A DNA stretch of 63,574 bases, filler included, from Folioceros fuciformis (taxonomy: Eukaryota): the NCBI GenBank assembly GCA_049999805.1. It is 22 parts of 22 records of this genome, joined end to end, with 100 filler letters (N's around TTAATTAATTAA, not from the genome) between each part and the next. Parts side by side here need not be neighbours in the genome. Positions count along the whole stretch, not along the records: positions 49,246 to 51,438 come from JBNGIO010000163.1; positions 51,539 to 53,526 come from JBNGIO010000164.1; positions 53,627 to 55,312 come from JBNGIO010000165.1; positions 55,413 to 57,624 come from JBNGIO010000166.1; positions 57,725 to 59,121 come from JBNGIO010000167.1; positions 59,222 to 62,468 come from JBNGIO010000168.1; 16 more parts are not named here. One strand, written 5' to 3'. The notes below the pieces were generated by a model. It was given only the letters and a program-made list of their open reading frames with translations, did no database searches and had not been told where the DNA came from. Below are positions 50,031 through 62,468 of the stretch, in pieces. Position 1 is the first letter of the stretch; each line of letters opens with the position of its first letter. The translations under genes and the position numbers were made by a program.

Positions 50031-51096
50031 AGGGATCTTCCTATCTTGTGCCTTTCGTTAAATCAATCACTAAAACCCCCTCCATCACTAGCCCACATTG
50101 GCACTGTAGAAGAAAAGGGGACCCATAAAAAGAGCCGACAAGCGGAATGAGACTTGCTAGCTACTCACATGTGCTCAAAAGCTCATCAAAGATAGCCACC
50201 GTGTTGAAAGCATTTTCTACATCCACCTACATAGCGACCCAGTCTAGGTAAGACTCTATGATCGCTAAATTCCTAAATACAACCAATTCACATTCTCTTG
50301 GAGTCACAATAATGTGACTCACCAATTGGAGATTAATTCCAAATTGGTAAAGGCTGAGATGAGAGAACTATTCCTAGAGTTGAGTAATAGTACTCCAGGG
50401 GAAACTTCCCCCCTTGCAATTGAAGTGACCAAAAGAAATAGTTTTAAAAAACCATGAAAAGGGTCATCAAGAGAAAAGTAGTCCCAAAGATGGTCTCATT
50501 TTGCCTTTGAAAAACCCTTTGAAGAAAGTTGGGGAGCATAGGTAAGGTCTCGTCTAAATACCTCAAAAGGGCTTAAACGAAAGGGCTCATTTTCAATGAA
50601 ATTTTAGAACCCCTAGGAAATATGGGACCCTGATGCAAGATGAAGAACATGGAGAGCCATGATGGTTGCTTTGAATGCTAGCGCCATTGGCTCATGATAG
50701 AGAGCCCAAGGCGTACTCCATGTTATGATTGAGCAAAAGGCTCCTCTTCAAATGCGCCTTAGCAAGGTTTGAATGGACCATATCCATGATAGCAAAATCT
50801 AATTGAGACCTAGTGGTGCAACCAAACTCCACTTGAAAGCCATGCCAAGCTCGAAAACGATGAAGACAACACCCCTTAAGCATTAAAAACACCACATGGG
50901 AAGAAAAAGGAACAAAGCTTAAGCAACCTCATCTTGGGGATCTAGCGCCAGCCGCTCCAATGAAAGTCAAAAAGCCAAATGAACATTGTATCATGAAGGC
51001 ATTGTGGGAGGCGCTAGAAAAAGAGCAGCCCTAGGAAACATGCCTCAAATAATGCAAGAAGGTGACAACCATTACCTCTACTTTGTAGAAGGAGTA

Positions 51097-51330
51097 TTAT
51101 AAGACTATACAAACTTCTTGCAACAAGAGGATGTACATTAGGACTTGGAGAATACCTTGATCTACCTTCGTTGAAGAGTTGCAGATTGTTGCCTTCAAAC
51201 TGGCACACAAAGTGCAAGTGGAGAATCGGTTGGACTTCGAAATCTTCACTCTGTTGAAACCGAGTTTCCAGAGTTTTAGAAACCACATGTATGTTAATGC
51301 CCACAACCTAGATCGATCTCACTGGCCCTT
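51097..51330 (-). pseudogene. Fragment of a DNA-transposase-like protein with a CxxC motif
   Basis: FLKLWKLGFNRVKISKSNRFSTCTLCASLK resembles the W..F..VKI....RFS.C..C..L motif of uncharacterised eukaryotic transposase-like proteins (DUF7869/Sola-like by recollection). Confidence 0.4.
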
Positions 51331-51538
51331 ATACAAAGCCCATATCTCCAACTTTGTGTTAAGCATGATTAATGTTGATATTAATTAGTGTTAATCCAGC
51401 TTATTGAGTTTGTACTAATTAGTGGTAAGAGTGATTAANNNNNNNNNNNNNNNNNNNNNNNNNNNNNNNNNNNNNNNNNNNNTTAATTAATTAANNNNNN
51501 NNNNNNNNNNNNNNNNNNNNNNNNNNNNNNNNNNNNNN

Positions 51539-53526
51539 AGGTGGAACCCGTCGGCAATCAGTGCCCGGGGTTTTGCCTCCACATTTTTGGCGCCGCTGCC
51601 GGGGAGCGGCTTGGGAGTTTCTTTTGCTGATCGGATGGAGAGTCTAAGTTGTCATGTAGATGTCTAGTGGAAGAGGTGATCGCAGAACTGGTAGAGGGAG
51701 AGCAGTTGTAACCCCTTCACCAAGGGATCTGCGTGCAACAAGGAGGAATTTGCTGAGAGGAGAGAGTAGCTTGACCCCTAAGGCTAGCACCCTTGTGGAG
51801 GAGGAGCTGCCTTGGTCAAGTGGAGAGCACGAATCTGAAGGGTCAATTGCCGGAGAGCGTGACATCCAAGAGGTTGGTATTACATCTGTTTGCAGGAAGG
51901 AGTCTTATAGCCAGCGAGTCGGTCGTGTTGAGAGAGAGTCTGTGTTACAGCCGAGTGTTTTGCAGTCAACTCTAGGTGATACTTCAGTCGTGGTATCATT
52001 GCTGGATAGCTTGCAGTCACTTGTTGGTGGTCAACCAGTCCCCTTGCCAGCCATTGTTCCATTGTCAGCCCCCGTAGTGGTTTCAGTAGGGGCTGTACTT
52101 CCTACGTCAAGTATCAGCCAAGTGGGTGGAGGAGTTGCTACAAGGATGGCTGCTCCTATTCACAGTCGTCAGCAATACGTGAAGTTTGGAGACAAGAGAA
52201 GAGGGGAGGATGCTGAACCCTTCCTAAGGACGTTCGAGCATGTATCTCGTGCCAACATGGAGGACACTACAGCTGATCGTTTGAGGATCTTTCCAGGTTT
52301 GCTGAGAGGACAAGCTCAGCAGTGGTACAGCCGGACGTATGGAGTGACACAACCAGTGGATTGGGACAGCTTGAAGGACGATTTCTTGACCAGGTTTCGA
52401 GGTCTCAGCCATGGCCACCACACCTACGCGAGGTTGAGGACTTTGAAGCAAGGAAGGAAGGAGGATCTCTATGATTACATTGAGAGGTTTACAGCTATGT
52501 GGACAGGATCCCACGTGGTAGGCCAGTTTTCCCAGGAGGTCCGAGTACTCCAGGGTACACGGATGCTCAAGCTTTGGATTGGTTTGCTGGAGGACTACCC
52601 GATCGGATGGCGACCTACTGCACAAGAGGTGTGACCACTTTGCAGGAGGCTTTGAAGGCTGCTGAAGATTTTGAGCTTTCGGAGTTGAGCAGAGAGAAGA
52701 GGAAGCAGAACCGGAAGTATGGGCATCATAGGAGGTTGAGACATCACAGCCCATCTTCCTCTTCAAGGTCGAGGTCACCGTCTCACTCTGATCCGGATTA
52801 TGACAGCCTTGTGTCGGATCCTTACACTGATGAGGAGTCCGATAGGGCTTATGAGAAGAGGATGAGGAAGGATCTGGAGAAAGCACGCAAGAGGCGTGAG
52901 GAGGATGAGGATCGTCAAGTTGAGAAGGACAAGAGAGGCAAAGGATCCTATAGGATGGAGAGAGGCAAACCGTCCTCAAGTGGTGGAGGACTGACCAGTC
53001 AGGTTGAGGCATTGACGAGGAGGCTAGCCGAGCTGGAGGTGACGGCTGTACGCAACCAAGCACCAAGGAGGTCACCTTCATCGGGTCGGCAGTTGGTGTA
53101 CTGTTCTATTTGTCACCAATCAGGACACACTCACCAAGAGTGCACTAGGGCTCCCCACCACGCCGTCAACCAAGTGAACGCTTACCTACCAGGAGACTAT
53201 TGGTACGTGGATGACTCTTATCAGGTACAGGCTGTGACTGCCCCTCGACCACCACAGTCCATTCGGCCATCTTTCCAACCCCCAGGACCTCCTGGAATGA
53301 GGTATGGTCCTCGTCCAGTATCTCCAGGCCATTGGAGGCCAGATCCGTCCCAGCGTCCACAAGTGGTGGCAGCAGGTTGTTGTTTCAATTGTGGCTTGCC
53401 GGGACACTATGCTAACGAGTGCACAGAGCCACGTAGGCAACTTGGATTTGTGCCGTTTTGTCAGGTGTGTAAGGATCCAGGGCACAGGGCTGGGGATCCA
53501 AGGTGTTCGGGCATCCCTAGGCCTGC
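51539..53526 (+). mobile_element. Ty3/gypsy (Athila/Tat-like) 5' end: family A LTR end (51583), tRNA-Asp PBS 51588-51605, gag from 51660 with one frameshift near 52500
   Basis: CCACA-TTTT-TGGCGCCGCTGCCGGGGA; EDAEPFLRTFE, LRGQAQQWY, WDSLKDDFLTRF, LKQGRKEDLYDYIERF, WFAGGL; three CCHC knuckles. Confidence 0.9.
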
Positions 53527-53626
53527 NNNNNNNNNNNNNNNNNNNNNNNNNNNNNNNNNNNNNNNNNNNNTTAATTAATTAANNNNNNNNNNNNNNNNNN
53601 NNNNNNNNNNNNNNNNNNNNNNNNNN

Positions 53627-53980
53627 GTCATTGTTAGTTGCTGGTGTTGGTGCTGGAGTGAGAGAGTGAGTGAAGTGAGTGAGGGAAGTCGAAGATCTAA
53701 GAGGTTAGGGTCGTTGTAGTGACTGGAGTGAGTTTGTGGGCACCGAGGAAGGTGCAGCTGACCGCCGGACAGCGAGGCCTGTCCTATGCCTGATCGGAGC
53801 TAGAGGGCAGCCCTCGAATCCATCATTGAGTAGATCAAGTCCAACCCTCCATCCACAGCAGCAAGGAACCCCATCGCTCCTTCGTGGGAACGAAACCCAA
53901 TGTCTCAATGACAGTGGGATAAGTGTGGCCACTAAAGGTGGAACTTGCCGGCAATCAGTGCCCGGGGTTTTGCCTCCACA
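53627..53980 (+). mobile_element. 3' end of gypsy family A LTR, no PBS following (3' or solo LTR)
   Basis: Closely matches about 550-887 and 51539-51583; ends GCCTCCACA. Confidence 0.85.
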
Positions 53981-56444
53981 CTGCCCTTGACCACCTCATG
54001 CAAAAACAGAAGCATGTGGTCCGACAGGTAGTCCTACTTCCTGTTCTGTAAGAAACACTGGAGCCACCTTGCCAATCCCATGAGTTGGGCAGTCGCTATC
54101 TCTCGTGCCAACCAACAGTTGGCTTCCCTCCCTATCCCCGCTTTGAACAGTGCCGCCGCTGCTTTCGTGGTGCCGTTCCCTCAATGACTCAATCACCAGC
54201 CCTCCGGCTTCCTCCTAGCTACGCCCATACACGGTTCGGACCAGTCCGACGCTCCAGTCTTGAGGACTCCCCCTGATTCCTTCCCCCTTTGCCGGAGTCC
54301 TCAGTCGGTATGCACACTCCTGCACCAAGGCGAGTGCCACATGGTTCCACCGTTGGGTCATGTAGTTGAGACCTAGCGGGTCACCAAACTGAAGCAGTGG
54401 AACATGAATGCTCAGGTCGGGCTGCTCCGGAACCAGGTGGAAGCCATCACCACTCTTCATCTTTGGGAGGAAGTTCGAGCCACCTCCATCGCCTTAGAGA
54501 AGCTATGGAGGTACACGGAGTTGGCTGCAGGACAACACGCGGACCTACCGGAGGTCCACTAGAGGCCAGAGTACCGGACCTTGTAGAGAATGGTCAGAGA
54601 TGCCATCTAATAGACTGATAATGGCTTCACCTTCTACCACGGGGAGGTACTCTGAGTGCTCATGGAAACCGCACAAGCGATCCTAACTATCGGTGAGGAC
54701 CCAACCGGGTCCTCTCCTAGACCTCCCACAACACCGACCAGTCCGACGCACCTAACTTCAACTCTATCCACTCCTAGGTCCGCGGTCTCTCCCCTGGCAA
54801 AGCAGCCACCTAAGCCGGTCCTGACCTTGCATGTCACCGTGGGCAGGGAAGGATCATTGCCCGGACCCACATTACCACCGCTCGCCCTCATGACCCCACC
54901 GTCAGCGCCGTCAACGAAGGTACCCACACCAACGCCCCATTAGCGTCTTGCCTATACGAGTGGACCACCGGGGTTCTAGGTTCCTTTCAAGTAGTCCTAG
55001 GTAGATACTGCCTTAATGGCGTTCATCCAAACTAGGTCTCTACAACTTGTATAAAAATCAGACTCTTTGGTGCAAAGAGGGTGTGGGGGATTGCCTCGCC
55101 GCCTTGGGTTTTGTTTCCCTCTCCAAGCTTTGGCTAGAATCCAATGTGTTCAGTTCACTCTTCTCTCACGCACCACTCCGTAACCTTGCTGCGATTGAAG
55201 TAAGACTACGTGGGTAGACCCGCACCGGCCTTCTATGCCCCGGGGCCAAATCGAGCCGATGTGCTCGAGACTCTACGACGTTCGCGGAATAGACCTATGC
55301 CTCACTTCCCGANNNNNNNNNNNNNNNNNNNNNNNNNNNNNNNNNNNNNNNNNNNNTTAATTAATTAANNNNNNNNNNNNNNNNNNNNNNNNNNNNNNNN
55401 NNNNNNNNNNNNTGGGCAGGCAAAGAACCTTCAGGTACCCCAGCAGGAGGGGGAGCAGGCAACCCGAGGTAGCCCAAGGGAGGACGGGGTAAGCACCTCT
55501 GTTATGACAGAAGGTCGGATTGTGCTGCAGTATGAGGAGGAGGCCTCCTATGTGCCAGGCCTATATGTAGAAGGGGCCAAAGTTCTGAAGCTGTTTCTGT
55601 ATGTACGTATGGGCACAGGAGGGACGCGGGGCTACGTCCTACAACTGAGGACGCGCTGTGGAGACCACATGGGAGATAGGCCTCTTAGAAAATGGGTGGT
55701 ATTTGTTTTTTTTGGAGTTTTGATAGAATTCCTTGTAGAGGTAATTAGAAAACTATGTTAGGTAAGGCTAGATTAAATAGGATGATCAGGAGATAGTGGT
55801 GGTGCAGTTGAGAAAGACAACAATCGTCTAGCTAACCCGTGGCCGTGGAAAATGTGAAGTAGGGGGTAGGTCGTGCCGATGGAGAGGGACGCCAGCGTGC
55901 GTGGTACCCTAAGTCGGGCGTGTGAGGGTGAGCTGGGGCCTTGGGAGCGTGCGGAAGGCGGTTGGGCATAGGCAGGGAGGAAGGGTGCCTGCTTTGGCCT
56001 TAGGCCAGGAGGCTGGGGCTGAGGGTCTAGCTGGAAGGCGGGCCAGCCTGCTACTGGAATGGATCTGACGAGCGGACCGGCAGTGGCCGCAAGCCCAGGC
56101 AAGATTCAAGAGGCCGGGTTACCGTAGGGCGGCCCGTAGGCCGGTTACCGTAGGGTTTTTATACCCTGCCTGCTTTCTCCCCTTACGCCTGTCGGGCTAC
56201 CTCCAGTTGTCCCTCCGATAACGGTTGCCCTGCCGGCTACCGTTGCCCCGTCACCTCGGGCCCTTACTTTTACCTACCTTAATGTTCTCAATGACCCGAG
56301 GGCCAAGAAGGCACTTGCTGCTTCCCCCTCCTTGTCCTGATCTCCCGTACTCCCCAAACCCCGAAGCCCAAGGTGGACTTTGGGTGTAAACACCCCGGTC
56401 TTACTCGCTTACTAAGCCGATTCGTCTGTCCCTTCGCCCCGGTA

Positions 56445-57624
56445 GCCCTCTAGAATGCACCTATTCTGAATGAACCCTCGCTGCTCCTTCTCAATCCAAT
56501 CTTCAAGGAAGGCTGTAATTCGGTTAGCCAGTACCTTAGCAATCACCTTGTACGTGGTAGTGAGCAAGGTAATCGGGCGCCAATTGGAGATTGACACGCT
56601 GGCGTCTTGCTCAGGGAGTAGGGAGATAACCCCCATGTTGAACCATCTCCCCATACTACCTTCTTCCCAAACATACTGACTGCTTCCATGAATAATGGCT
56701 GCATAAAATCCCACCCCCAAAGCAAGAACTCGGGAGGGATACCATCATGTCCTAGGGATTTGTCCCTCGGCATCCCCTTCAGGGCTTGGAGGACCTCGTC
56801 AGCAGTTATCGGCTTATCCAAAGCCTTGCGCTGATCATCTGACACTTTAGCTGAAAGCGCACCATAAGAAGAAGACCAAAGCCTTTCCCACCCTGCCACC
56901 TTCCCAACGCTGAAAAATATGCCAACAAAGAAGAGGGGAATAAGAGTTTTTAAACCTTCGAGCAATTCTTGCACCACGCCACGTGCGTCAAGGAGGGCAG
57001 GAATCCGCGTTCGATGTCGTTGTTGAAGAAAAATTTAGAGGGGCCGTCCCCCTCCCTCACCCACTTGACCTTGGCCCGCTTAAACCAACCTTTGGCCCTA
57101 TCTTCTTCCAACCTGGCCAAAGCACACTGCACCTCCGTTTTCCTAGCCTCTTTCGCACTAGTGAGCTCCCGGTCCTCGTTGCTCCTCTGTAACCAGCATA
57201 GATCCTCCCTCAAAAAACGTTCTTGCTGACGTTGTTCTCGTGTTCGTTGAACCTCTAGCCTCCTCAAATATCTAGTCGCCTCGTTGTTAGCATATATCAG
57301 TTTGACCGCCGCATTTTCCTCCCCCTGCTCAACTCCTTGCCAGATGTCTTTGATATCATCAAAAACACCTTTTTCCTTCAGTAAGGATGTGTTCATCCGA
57401 AAGTTTTGCATATGCCTCCTTGGACGCTCAACCTTCGGGGCAAGCCTTAAGTGCAAGCTAATGGGGTGGTGATCGGAGAGTATCATACCAGCAAGAATAT
57501 TGTATGATTGTACAAAGGCCAACCACCCTACAGGTATATAAAACCTGTCCAACCTGCGCGCACCTAAATTCTGTTGTTGTTGATTGGACCAGCTGAACAT
57601 CAAGGATTGTGGTTGGCGATGAGC
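56445..57624 (-). mobile_element. Degenerate L1 ORF2 (endonuclease C-terminus to RT N-terminus)
   Basis: RRLDRFY, LSDHHPI, RAKVKWVREGDGPSKFF, KSLGHDGIPPEF, NWRPITLLTTTYKVIAKVLANR, EQRGFIQNR. Confidence 0.92.
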
Positions 57625-59221
57625 NNNNNNNNNNNNNNNNNNNNNNNNNNNNNNNNNNNNNNNNNNNNTTAATTAATTAANNNNNNNNNNNNNNNNNNNN
57701 NNNNNNNNNNNNNNNNNNNNNNNNGTAATGACTGTCCCTGCAACTCACCACTGCGATGACGAATGTGCTTGCGCTCCAGGATTTTATAGCTTGCTGCAAC
57801 GGCATTTCTGGATGGGTCCATGGACGCCGAGCCAAGCTCCAGCATGAGGAAAAGGGCACTCCCGACTTTGACAGGCTGGAATATTGGATTTGGATTGGCT
57901 TGATTGGATTGGAGTGAAGGGGTCTCCCACAATCCCGGCGTACATCCATGTCTAATTGGCTTGGGTGACTCACGTCAATACTACAGTGTTAGCTCGCACA
58001 CGAATGGTCCGTCCGTCGAACCAATACCTTTTTTAAGGCAGATTCGCCATTAGGCCTATGCAAACTGGTCTCGTACATTACTCTCAAGGTGACAATCCAC
58101 TTCCAAACAAGGCGCTCAGGGGCACACTCAGGCTTTGCTGTAACACGTACATTGGTCCCTTGATAAGCCAAGACACGTGGGTACCGTCTCGTCACCAACC
58201 TAGTGGATGCAGACTCGACTGGAATACAACCTGTAGCTGGTAAGATGCCAGCAAGCTCCCGCGCATGATGCACGCTGGCTACGGAAATTCAGCTGAATCC
58301 CAAGGACTTAGCCTGTTTTGCGGGTGTCGTGTAGCGCATTTGGGGCCATGAGAAAGCACGTGTTCACCGACAATTTAAACCTACCTAGGTCTGCACCTAG
58401 AATAGTCCTGCCTTGCGGATCTTTGGAGTGGAAGCCCTATCATATACACTACTGTACATATGTACAGTAGTACCTTCACAGGCTCAACACTACGTACATA
58501 TCCCTAATTGCATCTTGGGGGCTAGCTTGACCCCAGCTAGGGCTGATGGCAGCTGCTGTCTTCGGACAAAAATTCCATTTTATCTATGGAGATCATGCCT
58601 TGGATCGATCATCGACCGTGACGGTCTGCTTCCAAACGTGTAGGTACATAATGTATGTAGTACATGCTGTGGTGGTGCTCGCGAATCGCGTACGGCAAGC
58701 GTAAGTGATTGAAGTCAGCTGAAAGCATAAGTAATTTTCATTCACTGACAAAGTCCCGACATTCTGTGGAAAGAAAGGCGAGATGGACTGAAAGGATGTA
58801 CTGTACATGAACCCACTGGGCACCAGGTCCTGGACTGGTTTTTGTCCTTCCAACATCAATACAGAGGGCACAACAGGATGGCTGCTTGTCAACCTCGCGT
58901 GCAGCCAGTGCCACTGACTCGCACAGTCAAGACTTGCGTCCTGAACCGAGCTCGATTCACAATTGGAAACTGGACATTAGCAAGACAAACGGGACCTTTC
59001 GATTCGGAAGAATTATTAAGTGAAGAAAAGGTGCGGCGTACTGCGTATGTCTCAGCGCCTGCACACCAGGCCAGGGGTGCCAGATTTGGCACTCCCACAT
59101 TGCAGTTCAGCGAGGTCGGCANNNNNNNNNNNNNNNNNNNNNNNNNNNNNNNNNNNNNNNNNNNNTTAATTAATTAANNNNNNNNNNNNNNNNNNNNNNN
59201 NNNNNNNNNNNNNNNNNNNNN

Positions 59222-60411
59222 CCCCAAAGGAGCAGATAGATATGCAGGATGTATCCTATAGACATGTAGTCGGGAGCCTCGTTTTTGTGGTGAACTAGAC
59301 TCGACCTGACATCCAGTATGTAGTTAGTACAGTGTCGCCACTAAACATCCGGGCAGGGATCATTGGGTTGTCGTTAAGCATATTCTCATATACTTAAAAG
59401 GCACTTCGACACATGGGCTCGTATAAAGCATAGTGGCAAGGCTAAGCTCATTCTACAAGGTTTTACAGATGTCGATTGGGCGTTTGATGCTGACTCCCGT
59501 CGCAGCCTCTCCACATATTGCTTTCTCCTTGTAGGAGCTGCTATTAATTGGAGTTGCAAGAAACAACCCTCTACATCTTTGTCTTCAACAGAGGCAGAGT
59601 ATAAATCTCTCACTGAGGCCACCAAGGAGGCCAAATGGGAGAGGAGGTTCTTGCAAGACTTGGGGCATACACAACAAGATCCTACCCCCAATACTTTGCG
59701 ACAACATGTTAGCCCTTGCATTGGTTGCTAACCCTCGCTTCCACACACACACCAAACATATAGAGATATCCCATCACTACATTAGGGATGTTGTGGATAG
59801 AGGGGTAACAAGGTTAGTTTTGTTGGAACAGATGATCATGTGGCCGACATCCTAACCAAAGCACTTTCAAAGCCAAACACCATAAGCATATGAATGGCTT
59901 AGGCCTGGGTGATTATTCAGTGTATGTGAATGGCACATAACAAAGAAGGAGCAAATGACTCAGTGGATGAAGCTACCAGCCGACAACCAATCGTGAGTTA
60001 TGTATCTTCAAGTTGTTTATCTATGAGCTTTCTTCAAATTCAGAGCTGTTGCAGCTGCTTTGCAAGCACATGTGTTTTCTACCATAGAGTTGGGGATGCC
60101 CCATGCATGGAGAATCATTGCCTGCTGGTGGACTATTTGTTTTTTTGTTCTGTTTTTGTGGAGATTGCTATGGACAAGTTGTTACCTAAGTGTGAAGCTT
60201 GAGAGGGAGTGTTAAGAATACAAGCCCTATCACACTTAGGGTTGTATATACTTAATTTAGCTTAAATATGTTTAGTTAGAGTGAAGACAACATGATTCTA
60301 GGTCATGAGCATTTAAACACATTTTTGTAAGCATTTTGTATTGTATTATCATTCATTCAGTTTGGCAACAACCACTTGCACAACCTTCACATCTTGCACA
60401 TCGTTCGCACA
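59222..60411 (+). mobile_element. Degenerate Ty1/copia RNase H, PPT (60201-60209) and 3' LTR 60210-60411
   Basis: GFTDVDWA, SLSSTEAEY, HTKHIEISHHYIRD, ADILTKAL; GAGAGGGAG followed by TGTTAAG...TTCGCACA. Confidence 0.88.
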
Positions 60412-61330
60412 TATGCTCAGGGCTGGAAGCAATGTTGCAAAGTGGTGTAAAGATAAGAAAGTATGTCTATTGTGACATAGATGTGCAGGCTCAAGTTGTG
60501 GCAATAGCACGTGTGCAAAAGCTGTTGAATCGTTATCCAAATTTGTTAGACAAGGGGGCGGTGAGGAACTTTCAAAAACAACTACCTGCGGATGTAAGGC
60601 ATATAGGATGGGAGAAAATCTAGGGATTGGGAGTGTCAGTAAACTTGATCATTGCCGAGTGGGAATGTCAAGGCATGTCATTGGCAGGAGCAGGGGATTG
60701 TTGGATCCAGGGTCAGCACTATTCTTTGAGCTGACAAGGATCATTAGGTTGGTTCAATAATATCAACAAAAGCCATGTGGGCACATTTTTTAGAACGTTC
60801 CGACAATATTTGACAAGAGGCAAACTGTGAAGGACATCTTCAAACAAATTAGAGGAGTATTGGGTATGGAAGTATATCTTGATGCTGTGCAGTTTGGGTC
60901 ACGTGCACATCGACTAAGGTGCATATGGACAAACATGATGCCTAGAGAAGTATTGATGGCATGCAGGGATATCATAGTGCCAAAAATGGTACAAGTGAAA
61001 GACATCATGTTTGGAGACAGGCATCCTCAAGAAGTCACGAAGCGTGAAAGTATGCCGTACTTTGCTGTGAATGAAGTGGGAAAACCAAGGGTACCATACC
61101 AACCTTTGTAAGTGCAAGTGGCTCTTATGCTTTTGGGTATGCTGACTCACCAAGAAGAGTGATGAGCTCAGAAGGAGATGATCTAGGAGAGCCAAATGCA
61201 CGAGAGCGAGAGTTAGTCATGGGATATGTCTTTGGAGCCACAGATGTGCAAGGTGTGATTGAGAGACTAAGACGAAGGTTATTGGGGCAGTCCATGGATG
61301 TCAACATGTTGACGTGGTTGTGCAACACTT
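60411..61330 (+). pseudogene. Intronless C5 cytosine DNA methyltransferase pseudogene of the retrotransposon-borne type
   Basis: Motifs in order: end of I (ICSGLEAM), II (YVYCDID), III (LPADVRHI), IV (LIIAEWECQGMSLAG, Cys codon 60666), V (GSALFFEL), VI (IF*NV), VIII (QFGSRAHRLRCIWTN), IX (EPNARERELVMGY), X (RRRLLGQSMDVN); stops and frameshifts. Confidence 0.85.
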
Positions 61331-61450
61331 GTGTAGCTTATCAATGGAGTAAGTACAGAAAGGGCAAGGTAGTCGCAGTGGTACCGCAAGCTAGGGCAAC
61401 CAAAGATAAGGAAACCAAGCCTGTTGAAGCACAAGTGTGGAGTAAAATGT

Positions 61451-62468
61451 TGTGTCCGAGGACACCGCGAGGCCCACACAGACCCTCTATGTCGTTGTAG
61501 CCATTGGATTCGCTCCCAAGGGAATGATTTGTGCCAAGTAGCACAGGTTTCCTCTACTATCGACTCTTACCTAGGTTAGACCTTGTCCCCTACCCTTTCT
61601 ACTACCTGCTAGCTCCCTACCACTACCCCTGGTTAGCCTAGCTACGGCGGACCCTACTCTACGACCTTGGTCCCTGCTCTATGACCGGGGTTACTGGTTC
61701 CACGTTCGGTAGTGGTCTCCACAACCGTGGTGGGTCCCACCCAGAGCCCTTACTAATATTTTCCGGCGCATGCGCCTCTGTGGGTTTCCACCACGGGTTT
61801 CTGCTCAGGGGCTTCCAGACTCACAGATATGGTCTTATTGGATGCTCCTTACACATGCAAATACTAATCCTTGGGGGAACAAGGCCCCGCGGATCAGCCA
61901 CACTCCCTCACACACACATGCAACACTCCTCACACATGCAAAACACACCAGAACTCTGGTGTATGCTTAATCCTCACAGGTCTATTTCCAAGTGTCTTCA
62001 ATCACCCAGCAACGTCCACAAATCTTCAGTGAATCTCTCACATTCCTTACAATCTCTCACCAACTTCAATAATCGTCAATAGTCGCTCACAAACACTTCA
62101 AGGTTTCTCAAAAATTTTCCAGGAATCACATCCAAGTTTTAGCACTCTTTCTCAATAAGAGTAAGGGTCCAGTAACCATGCAGCAACCCCAGCAATCTTC
62201 CAGGCCTCCACGCCCTCTCTGCTCGCTCCTCCGCAGCCGACAGTTCAGGGAATAAGGGAGGGAGAGTTTCTCCCTCCACTCCACGCAACGGGCGGATTCG
62301 TCGCCATCTTCCCAGCCCACGGCCAGTCAATCTTCCTCTCACGCTCTCACTCGTTCACCATTCTTCTTCTTACTCACTCACTCTTCATCCTCACACACAC
62401 ACTCTTTGCCACCGCGGCATCTCACACACTCTTCTTAGGTTCAAAAAGCAGCTTCGGGGTTAGGGAAT
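61451..62468 (-). mobile_element. LTR family B copy, terminus at 61451
   Basis: 61451-61540 is the reverse complement of 33180-33262 and 44090-44134; minus strand ends ...GGACACA. Confidence 0.65.

Noticed and set aside
52490-52510. Programmed ribosomal frameshift in gag
   Set aside because: It falls inside the capsid region with no slippery heptamer; a 1-bp deletion (ATG TGG [G]AC) explains it.
57748-57822. First exon MDPSRNAVAASYKILERKHIRHRS on the minus strand
   Set aside because: Plausible ATG and GT donor, but too short and truncated by the spacer to assign.
7415-61330. HESO1, HNH nuclease and methyltransferase as a silencing or restriction-modification cluster
   Set aside because: They lie on different pieces separated by artificial spacers; HESO1 and HNH are ordinary spliced plant genes.
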